NCBI RefSeq assembly: GCF_006345805.1
Contig: NC_043000.1
Location: forward strand, 145,824,001 to 145,888,000
DNA length: 64,000 nucleotides
From: Octopus sinensis
Taxonomy: Eukaryota
Direction: 5' to 3'
A program made the translations under genes and the position numbers. Below, piece by piece: positions 54,288 to 64,000 of the stretch (its first letter is position 1; every line of letters begins with the position of its first letter). The notes under the pieces are model-generated. The model ran no database searches, was not told where the DNA came from, and saw nothing but the letters and a program-made list of their open reading frames with translations.

Positions 54288-54515
54288 TATTATTATTATT
54301 ATGCAAGTCACTGCCTGGAATCGATCTCGGAATCTTGGGGTTACTAGCCCGCGCTCTTACACACTACGCATATGATAATAACATTTTGAACCCATGTCCG
54401 AAATTTCCCCAAGTCACCTAATGAATGCAGGAGGGTATATCAGCCGAAACGTTGTGTTAGCAACAAACAAGATGGGGACAAATATCCGTGAAATGTAAAT
54501 AATGTAAATAATGTA
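54091..54515 (-). mobile_element. tRNA-headed element with a hammerhead-bearing PLE-type tail, plus an inverted truncated tail copy
   Basis: Minus strand: tRNA-like head 54374-54309, (AAT)n linker, tail 54230-54091. Plus strand 54388-54505 is the inverted tail with CAC-CTAATGA..CAGCC-GAAAC-GTT-GTG. Confidence 0.75.
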
Positions 54516-55361
54516 AGTAATTTATATTTATACATTCGTAGATAAATATATATGTATATATGTTTGTAAATATATTTTAGGTAAATACATATAAATAAAT
54601 GTCCGTGTATATATGTCTGTGTATGTATGTATGTAAGTATGTATATATATGTATGTATTTATATATGTATGTATGCATGTATGTATGTATATACAGGTAT
54701 ATATTGATATTTATTTCAGTTCATTGGTCTACCATTATAAAACCGCAGCGCAGATTGTTATATCCGGCATTTTCTCTATTGGCTGTTTTCGATAGTCTAC
54801 TGAATTACGGGATCTCATACAAACCAACACTGTTAGTTTGATAGTGAGACAGAAACACGAATCCAAACGCATAGACGCAGAAACACGCCCCCCCCCATAC
54901 ACCCCCCCCCCCCCCCCCGCTCAATCATACACATTTTAGTCTTTAATATTTCTAATATAAGCAAATCGAACACTCTCTGCGACAACAAATACAGTATTCA
55001 TCTTTCAGTCTGTTTTACAAGTATATATAGTCTGCCACTCGGTTACTTCTATAGCTAATACTAGTAAATATATATACTTACAATATCTACTTTTCACTCT
55101 GAGAAACAGAGAGAAACCTGGGCAACGAGCTTGCATCCAATATATTTTCAGCGTAAATAGAATTTAAGTATTGGTATTAAATTGATTATTCGAGTTTTGT
55201 GTTTCTTTTGTTCTACAGTGCAAACACATCCTTAAATTTCTGATATATGTATGAATACATCTATAGACACACACACATGTATATATAGGTGAAAAATAAA
55301 GGAGTGCGTGCGTTACATAAATATGGTCAGGATTAAATAACGGGACACCAAACGCAGCTCG

Positions 55362-55399
<38 letters not shown>

Positions 55400-55402
<3 letters not shown>

Positions 55403-55625
55403 TTTCAATATGTGACCTCGTGAGTACCACTGGCGATATTTTTCCTCTGTCTTCCCTTGTCGGGATCTTTCCTTCTCCTATGTTTCCGACGAAGAGCTCC
55501 GCTCGAAACGTTAAACCCTCCTTCTTCCCTTCTTTCCCGAGCGTCCAATAATACTTTATTTGTTCCACGTCCTCGCGTTGCTGTGTTTTTTTTTTGTTTT
55601 TTTTTGTGTTTTCTTGTTTGGATTA

Positions 55626-55666
<41 letters not shown>

Positions 55667-55866
55667 TTAACCCAAACAAGAAAGCACAAAAAAAAAACAC
55701 AACAACGCGAGGACATGGTACAAATATAGTATTATTGGACGCTCAGGAAAGAAGGAAAGGTGGGTTTAACGTTCGTTTCGAGCGGAGCTCTTCGTCGGAA
55801 ACATAGAAGAAGGGAAGACAGAGGAAAAAAAATCGTCAACGGTACACACGAGGTTACATTTTGAAA

Positions 55867-55868
<2 letters not shown>
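55400..55868. mobile_element. Tail-to-tail pair of hammerhead-bearing PLE-type elements around (TA)n
   Basis: 55402-55628 is the reverse complement of 55666-55866; both carry GTTT-CCGACGA-A-GAGC-TCC-GCTC-GAAAC..GTT-AAAC. Confidence 0.85.
55482..55516 (+). ncRNA. Minimal type I hammerhead-like motif (U4C core variant)
   Basis: Stem I GTTT/AAAC, CCGACGA, stem II GAGC/GCTC, GAAAC, palindromic AACGTT stem III. Confidence 0.55.
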
Positions 55869-55898
<30 letters not shown>

Positions 55899-56013
55899 TT
55901 GTATATATAATAACAAAGGCTAAAATTAATTAATTAACTAGTAATCAATAATTTCACCAAGTAAAATTCAACATGAAATGGGATCATTTCTCGGTAGACT
56001 TAAGTAATATTTT

Positions 56014-56302
56014 ATAATTAGGATTCAGCAAATATTTGCTTTACCACATACCGACGTTTAGAAAGTGTTCTGGGTAAAGTATAAATTCTACGTTCTTTAT
56101 ACCGAACTAATTCTGAAAAGCGTACATAGGTAATCAAATATCGATTGGTTTTCGTTATTCTTCATCTCTGCCTAGGTTGATTGTTTTCGAGTACTTTGTT
56201 TTCGTCCGGGAATCTCATTTTTCAAGTAGAGGAAATAGCTAAGGTTCTTTGGCTGCTATTTCTAAACTTCGGTATGTGGTAAAGCAAATCTTTGCTGAAC
56301 CC

Positions 56303-56308
<6 letters not shown>
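56014..56308. mobile_element. MITE with ~50-bp TIRs, TA-flanked
   Basis: TAATTAGGATTCAGCAAATATTTGCTTTACCACATACCGACGTTTAGAAA vs TTTCTAAACTTCGGTATGTGGTAAAGCAAATCTTTGCTGAACCCTAATTA. Confidence 0.8.
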
Positions 56309-56356
<48 letters not shown>

Positions 56357-56458
56357 CTCACGTGATCACGTGACCGACCAGTCCATCAGATGTAGTTACA
56401 CATCGCTGGTCACAATGCGCTTCGCATAGTTTTAGCCTTCGAATGACGCCACCCCGCT
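56357..56458 (-). mobile_element. 3' fragment of the 41233 SINE family in (TA)n
   Basis: CTCACGTGATCACGTGACCGACCAG..GCTGGTCACAATGCG..ACGCCACCCCGCTG. Confidence 0.85.
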
Positions 56459-56755
56459 GTATATATATATATATATATATATGGATATATAATTAAACAA
56501 ACGGACACATACTACACCGGCGAACAGAAAACAAGGAAGGTCACCAACTCTTCATTAGTTATCGGTGACAGGGTCAAACGCAATTTCAACCATTATCGAT
56601 ACTATTACTTCCACTCTGTAGGCACCGGCACGAAACCTGCCGGGATCGGGACCAAAGCTTAACTAAACGAGACGGACTCGAGACGAGACCGTTAGTGGAC
56701 GGACGATGGACAAAAAGTGAATAGAATAAAGGTTTAGGGCCAGACGAAGACAACA

Positions 56756-56931
<176 letters not shown>

Positions 56932-56934
56932 TTT

Positions 56935-57570
56935 GTGGTCAATATAGCAGTCGTTAATGAGGCAAATGTTAATGGGTTGGTATTGGAGGGGGAGTGCAAT
57001 GGTATGCAGAGGTATATGAAAATAAATAGAGGGATATGAATGGGGCGACTACAGGTTGACAGGTTAGTATCCAAAGGAGTTGTGTTGTATTAAGTACTTT
57101 TGGTAAGGAGGAGAAATAAGAGGCTACACAGGAGGTATGGAAGTTATAAGAGAAGTGGGAAGCTATGGTTAAGAAGAATTTGGAAATGTATAAAAATGAT
57201 TAATAGTGGGGTAGTATTTGCTAAGTAGTAGGTTGGTAGGCTGATGTTGCCATAGATCAAGGTTAATTTTGAGTATGGATACTTATAGCTATGGGATTAC
57301 GTAAATTTTTAAATGTGCGAAAGATGAGTAGTACCTATGTTTACAATACGAAATTATATATTGCAATCTATTAAGTAATGAGGGGTTGTGAAGGCGAAGA
57401 AAGGTTAGCGATACTTCTAAGCATAATTTACACATACCGATGTATAGGTGAACCTCATTTAATATGGACCACGATTGTGTATATGGAGTATTTTGATACT
57501 TAAGGTTGTGTATGTAAGTTGCTAAGGAGGTTGATAATGTAGAATTTGGTTTCGAAAAAGTGTTCATGTG
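56935..57570 (-). mobile_element. Penelope-like element 3' end: GIY-YIG C-terminal region plus 3' UTR
   Basis: ORF 57289-57567 STSLATYIHNLK..SWSIL..CKLCLEVSL..LLNRLQYIISYCKH fits the PLE motif STxLSxYIWxLK..W.IL..CxLCLxEK..LLNxRxE..SxCRH. Confidence 0.8.
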
Positions 57571-57599
57571 TGTATTTTTACGTAGACAAAAGCCTCCGA

Positions 57600-58512
57600 A
57601 AGTACATAGTTGAAAACCCCAGCAATTACAAGATTTCCTACCTGCTCAGTGGTTGGAGTTTTCTGCTAGGATTTACTCCTTTGGCTACTAACCTGTCAGC
57701 TTCTAACCCATCCAAATACATATCTCTTTATTCAATTTCATGCACTTCTGCATAACATGGCACTCCCTCTCCAATACCAAACCGATTACTTTGCCCCATT
57801 AACAACTGCTATATTAACCACAAATCCGCCCCTATTTTATCTCATAACTCTCTACGTACCTTTGTAATCTCCCTCAGCTACTGAACCAGTCAAAGTACTT
57901 CCTTGAAATAATGTCCATTCCCTTTCTCACTATTTCCACCATTAATTCTATAGCCTTCATACAAGCTAACACAAACATTATCACTCAGATACTACCTAAA
58001 GCGCCTTCCCTCTTCCTCTTACTTTCCACCTCTTTTACTATAACTCTCCACTAGCCTCCTTATTAACCTCCAGCAATTGGAGTTTATTTTCTTCTCTCAC
58101 TATTCCTTATCTGAATACCTCTCCAATTCCCCCTCTAATACACTAAGCTCCCCACAACATCATTTTGTCTTTAATCTCCTTTCTGTCAACACCTCAAATG
58201 TAAGATTTCTTCCTCGAAGACGGGGGTTTGTATCATCCGACGATGGAATCAATTTACAATCATTAGTTGGACCACCAATCCCCTAGAAACAGCTGATGGA
58301 TTTGAAATACTCGTATTCAAAGCCTTTAATTCTTGATATCATTTCTATTCTGTGTAAGCCGGACCTTTTTCTATGTAGACATATATACATTGCTTGTATT
58401 TAATATTCTTTCTGCCTAACTTGCTTGTCTTTACATTTACTTCTCTACCCGCCCAAGCCTAAACATTTTGAGCACTACTAAGTATATTCTATACGGAGAA
58501 TATCTGATTCTC

Positions 58513-58515
<3 letters not shown>
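57600..58515 (+). mobile_element. Second, oppositely oriented PLE 3' remnant with a degenerate hammerhead in its terminal repeat
   Basis: C/T-rich UTR resembles the reverse complement of 57060-57290; CAT-CCGACGA..GAAAC-AGCT-GATG at 58235-58298; ends at (TA)n. Confidence 0.55.
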
Positions 58516-58610
<95 letters not shown>

Positions 58611-59063
58611 TATATATATATGCATATACATATACATATAATTCCCAGTGCTAAAAGTCTAACTACATAGTAAGTATTATTTTGCCTGACGCTCCACTGA
58701 AATTGTCTAACACCTGCTTTCAACCTCCCGAACATAAGAAATAAGTAATTCAATAGATTTTGTACATGAGGTTCTTAGACAAACATGAAATATAATCATT
58801 AGTAATCAGTCACGACGATTTGTGTGGGTATGGTCTCCTATCCCTGAAAATATTAATTTGTCGTAGAAAATAGCAACAACGTTGCACTTTACAAGTTCAA
58901 TGAAATGATTACACTTTTTATTAAAAAATTATCATCGTCACTTGCAAGTGTCTATAAGTTAGTGCTTTGCATCTTGTTGTCTCTAATCGCTTTCATTATC
59001 TATATATTCGCGATCAAATATATGTGCAGTCTGTCTTCTCTCTTCATTTCTCTCCCAAATACA

Positions 59064-59441
59064 TACGAAAGGGTGTTGAAAATTCCCTGGTTTCGAGTAA
59101 GAGGAAATACCCATAGATCAAGTAATTAAGATACTTTTCAACATATCCTTCTTTCAGATTCAAACACTTATCGCAGCAGTCCTTCAGTTTTTCAAAACCT
59201 TGTAAAAGAACTCGGAATATTGGGCCACCAACCAGTCCTTCCGTGAAACGCCTAAAGCCAGGAACTATTCAGTACCTATTTCTATTTCTTTACTACCCAC
59301 AAGGGGCTAAACCCAGAGGGGACAAACAATGACAGACAAACGGATTAAGTCGATTACATCGACCCCAGTGCGTAACTAGTACTTATTTAATCGACCCCGG
59401 ATGCATGAAAGGCAAAGTCGACTATTCAGTACCATCTTGTA
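59064..59441. mobile_element. Mariner-type MITE with a SINE inserted in its right TIR
   Basis: TACGAAAGGGTGTTGAAAATTCCCTGG / CCAGGAACTATTCAGTACC|ATCTTGTA; TA at both ends. Confidence 0.7.
59277..59420 (-). mobile_element. 5'-truncated SINE with 13-bp TSD
   Basis: TSD ACTATTCAGTACC at 59264-59276 and 59421-59433; GTCGATTACATCGACCCCAGT..GAAAGGCAAAGTCG body; GAAATA-repeat tail. Confidence 0.85.
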
Positions 59442-62167
59442 TATAAACATGTGTGTGTTTGTATGCGTGCATGCGTGTTTGTGCGTGTGCATATACACAC
59501 ATATAGAGAGAGTAAATATGAATGAGACAAAGACAGACAGGAAAAATGGCTTTATCGTAATCTATATTTTGAAATACTTTTCGAGAATACAAAATATTTT
59601 ATAAGATGCCAAATACCAAAAAAAAAAAAAAATGAGTTGTTCTATGAAATATAATAATAATTCATGCCTTATTCATAAATCATCTGTTATAATATTGTAT
59701 AAGGACTGAGATATGGCCTGAGATTTGTTTACCGAATGCATCAGAGATTTAAAATATAATGTCTCACGAATAGATCCATTCAAACCAATGAGTCATACCA
59801 GGTCTACGCATGATTATGCATAATATACAGTATAAATTTAAAAACACGGTCGCTTATATCATCTAAGCCAACATCTTCACAATCTCCATCGGCATTATCC
59901 CCATCACCGTAGCAATCATTATCATCATCATCATCGTCATTATCATCATCATCACCATCATCGTCAACATCATTATCATCATCATCATCGTGATCATCAT
60001 AATTATCTCATCACTTTCTCTGCGTTTATGTCATCGCCAATATCTTTATTCTCATAAATATTACCCAATTATTTGTCATAATATATGTGATGTTTCATGC
60101 CTTTATATTTAGTCACACATATTGTTTAGTCATTACTTCGTATAAAAGAGAATCACTTGAATTATCTTATCAGAATAGCTTACAGTGTTATTCGTCTATC
60201 AACTAGCACAGTAGGAAATAGCGTTTCATGATGTGAATATTTTTAACAAATAAAAGAAAATCTTTGGCACATTCTACAAACACCATTTGTTTTTTCCTCT
60301 AAGTTCTCAATTTCTCGCTAAATAAGCCTTATCTTATTGATACTATCAGCAACAACATTTGCCATTGAAGCATTTAATCAGCCTTATAAATTCTAATATA
60401 TCTCTATATGGTCTTGTATATCGTTATTTCTTGTCGTCCACGTAGCCTTCGGGGATTTTCTCTCCTATTTTCTATCAATTACAAAGCAGTCATAAACGAC
60501 AGCTTTCCAAAAGTTGGTCAACAAATTTACCTATCTGTCGATAACGATGTTATTGGTGTACTGCTGAATTTGTTACTGGTGTTTTCTTCCGATAGTTAAT
60601 TGTTTATTTGTGATATCCTAAAGTAGCTGCAGCTGCTGTTGATACCACTCTCGAAGATAATGCTATTCTTTAGCTGTCTATTCCAAGAAACTTACCTAAT
60701 GTTAAATTGTTAAATTTCTTGTATACTATTGGTATTTGTCTTGTGAGTAAAGTAGAATGGTATTTCATTGAAGAGTATTTCGGCATGTTATTTGGAATTT
60801 AGTTTCAAATCAATCTTGAACAGTCGGAATTATGATCACATATCCCCCATCTATAATAAACGCATTGGTTTTTAAAGTTGTGTCGGATTAGAGCTGCGCA
60901 TGATTTCTTCTTAAATTTAAGACGGTAGTATGTGTTTTCGAAATGTATATTTCTACTGTTTCTAGCAGGTGATCACGGCGCATATATATATATATACATC
61001 ACGGTGCATATACATATCGTTGTTCTTGATGTCACTTTTGTTGTTTCTAAGGATGAAGACGCTATACATACAGGCATACACACATACATACATAAATGCA
61101 TACATACACACTTATATATACAGAGAGCCGAAGAAACAAATACACATACATTCATGTATACATATAAATATATACGTATATATATGCATATAAATACACA
61201 CATATACATACATACATGGATACATACATAAGTACATTCATACATATATGCATACATGCATACATGCATGCTTACATACAGATAGATATAGGAATACAAG
61301 CATACACATTACAACTGCAAATATGTTTATGCGCGCGCCTTTGTGTGTGAAATAATATTTTCGCATTAATTGTGTGGGCGATTGTGTATAGGAGTACGTG
61401 TGTATATGTGTGTGTGTCGATTTCGAGTTACGGTTAAAAGCATTCTGAGTAATGGTATTATTGTTGCTGCAGACACTGAAGATGCCGCAGTCGATGGAAT
61501 TATCTTTTAATGCTGCTATTATTTTTAGTTCTTGTTATTAATCTGCTGATGTCAATAAAATGCTGTTCCTAATGTGGTGATGAATGTTATTGATAATTTA
61601 AGATAATGCATAATTATATTTATAAAAAAATGTACAAATGTAATTGTGTTTATTCAGACTTTCTTCCTGCTTAAAAGCATGTACAATGAAAGCATAGTAA
61701 AAGCATTTGAATAGCGCATATAAAAGAAAAAAAGCTAAAGAGGGAGAAAGGTAGAAAGGCAGAGAGAGCGAGAATAACAGAAAGGACAAAACGGAGAAGA
61801 ATATAATGCCTGTGTCATATACAAGGCAATAAATATCTATATTACACCATGCACATGCATATATATACATGAAAGTATCACAAGTCTGTTTACTATATAC
61901 AAATAACCTCAGTTATTTCAGCGGATTAAGAAAAACAGAACAACTGGAGATATATACACAGATAAACAGATAATAATCACACCAAAACTAACATACTTTC
62001 AAGCAAACAAATACACATAGACACCGCCAATTAAGAATATATATGTGTGTGTGTGTGTACATTTTACGTATGATACATACATACATACATATACATATAC
62101 ATAAATATATACACATACATATGTGTGTCAGTGTTTGCGTCTTTGAATCTGTATATCTTTATCTACA

Positions 62168-62575
62168 TAGGCGCAGGAGTGGCTGTGTGGTAAGTAGCTT
62201 GTTTACCAGCCACATGGTTCCGGGTTCAGTCCCACTGCGTGGCATCTTGGGCAAGTGTCTTGGGCCGACCAAAGCCTTGTGAGTGGATTTGGTAGACGGA
62301 AACTGAAAGAAGCCCGTCGTATATATGTATATATGTATATATATGCGCGCGTGTATATGTTTGTGTGTCTGTGTTTTTCCCCCCTAGCATTGCTTGACAA
62401 TCGATGCTGGTGTGTTTATGTCCCCGTTACTTAGCGGTTCGGCAAAAGAGACCGATAGAATAAGTACTGGGCTTACAAAAGAATAAGTCCCGGGGTCGAG
62501 TTGCTCGATTAAAGGCGGTGCTCCAGCATGGCCGCAGTCAAATGATTGAAACAAGTTAAAAAGAGTAAAAAAAAA
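62168..62575 (+). mobile_element. Near full-length tRNA-headed SINE with internal microsatellite
   Basis: AGGCGCAGGAGTGGCTGTGTGGTAAG (A box), GGTTCAGTCCC (B box), CORE-like TTGGGCAAGTGTCTT, internal TA/TG repeat, A-rich tail. Confidence 0.9.
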
Positions 62576-63123
62576 TATATAGTGTAGCAAATCCAAACTG
62601 CCTTATTCGTCGTAAGGCATGTTCTTGGACAACTTGTATAGACATGTATTATTCACATGTATCATTCACCACCACTGCCGCTTGTGGATGCTTTTTCCTC
62701 TGATACACATTTCTAGATTTATACGCCTATAATATTGAAGTAATACTGCTTCTCTCGTCAACAGCATATATAATATTCACCCCGCTCTAATTGTCCAACG
62801 AAACTAACCATTCTTTTACAATGAAACTTCTTCCCAGCGAAATTACCAGCACAAGAACAATATTTATAATAAGACTTACAATCTTTGCTTCTATTATCAT
62901 CACATATGGCAGTGGGAGTCGGCGTGTAGTTAGCTATTTTGTGGTAGCAATGCCGGTGGAAGTATCTGACTGTGTTGAAGCCAGTGACCGTGACGTTAGA
63001 CGTTGTTTGTAGTCGATAACAAAGTTACTGGAAGAGACAATCTTCTGAGTGAAAATATTAATCATAGCTGCCAAGGATCTGATGACGGTGAGCAGATTAT
63101 ATTAGTCATTATCATAACGCCAA

Positions 63124-63516
63124 ACATGCTTGGTATTCCTGCTTGCCTGAGGACATCTTTGTTGGGGATATGATTCTGCCATTATTATATGTTAGCGGTT
63201 GGGAGGCAGTTGCCGGCAACCGTGGAGAATGGCGACGTACCGTAAAAGAGGGAATACAAAGGAGTGACAGAGAGAGAGAGAGGAGAAATGGAAAGAAAGG
63301 AAGAAACGTAAACAAGAGACTATGGCATTACAACCAGCCAGGAACAGTCTTCGCTACATTTGCGGTACCTGCCAGAGAGAGTGTTTGTCCAGGATAGGAC
63401 TACACAGCCACAGCAGGAAATGTATCAGGACATGAAATATAAAAGTCGGACTAGACTACTTCATGCGCAACTCCATTGTCTCCCGAGACAGAAAGGATGC
63501 CAATACAATACAATAC
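63124..63516 (+). mobile_element. RTE-clade LINE 3' end with inverted 5' segment and 13-bp TSD
   Basis: Plus strand GWEAVAGNRGEWRRTVKEG..YICGTCQRECLSRIGLHSHSRKC and (CAATA)n tail; minus strand 63188-63124 WQNHIPNKDVLRQAGIPSM; TSD ATCATAACGCCAA at 63111-63123 and 63517-63529. Confidence 0.88.
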
Positions 63517-63837
63517 ATCATAACGCCAATCAAGTGTTGACTTTCCTGTTCAGTCTGTAGATTATCAAAGGTGGATGGATCTGAGACGGGTGAAGGGATC
63601 TGGTTGCAAAGATGGATTATCAGAGACGGGTGGAGGGACATGGTTGCAGAGTCAACCAGACTACAGGATATGTAATGTGAAAAAAACAATGTTGTCATTT
63701 AAAGCTGCAAATTTCGAAGTTGAATTCTGATTGAACGTTTGGAAAAAATATTTTTACTTTGAATTGTGATCGGAGCTTCTGCTTTAAGAATGTGAAGAAT
63801 GCAATATTAGAGAATTGTGAAGCACTAAATGCCTCCT

Positions 63838-64000
63838 GCGGAGGAACATGGCCTAGTGGTTAGAACAGCGGAGTCGCGGTCGAGAGATCGCGGGTTCGAA
63901 TCTCAGAGTGGGCGGTGTGTGTTTATGAGCGAAACACCTAAGCTCCACGCGGCTCCGGTAGAAGATAATGGCGAACTTCTGCTGACTCTTTCGCCACAAC
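63838..64000 (+). mobile_element. tRNA-derived SINE (41233 family), runs off the window edge
   Basis: GCGGAGGAACATGGCCTAGTGGTTAGAACAGCGG..GGTTCGAATCTC..TTTATGAGCGAAACACCTAAGCTCCACG. Confidence 0.85.

Noticed and set aside
62780-63700. Possible old LINE endonuclease on the minus strand flanking the RTE insertion (LGSYD resembling LGSSDH)
   Set aside because: Similarity is too weak to support by eye

Overview
AT-rich eukaryotic genomic DNA with no intact, identifiable protein-coding gene. The tRNA-headed SINE families and dense (TA)n/(TAA)n/(GATA)n microsatellites suggest an octopus/coleoid cephalopod, which is inferred from repeat recognition only. Nearly all ORFs in the supplied track are microsatellite artefacts. 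The window is mainly transposon remnants: R4/Dong-type LINEs clustered in (TAA)n, Penelope-like element (PLE) RT and GIY-YIG remnants, Tc1/mariner (maT-like) fragments, a Merlin-like MITE, a Gypsy-type solo LTR splitting a LINE zinc knuckle, an RTE copy with a 5' inversion, and many SINEs. The most unusual signal is a set of short (TA)n-embedded, often inverted-repeat elements carrying minimal hammerhead-ribozyme (HHR) motifs of the PLE type. One has a tRNA-like head (54.1-54.5 kb). A tail of another such family is fused to the 5' end of 18S rRNA (2.67-3.01 kb). Together they suggest PLE-mobilised, ncRNA-headed non-autonomous retroelements. Two weak candidate host exons lie on the minus strand (13.9 and 33.3 kb). 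All alignments were done by eye and boundaries of degraded elements are approximate.
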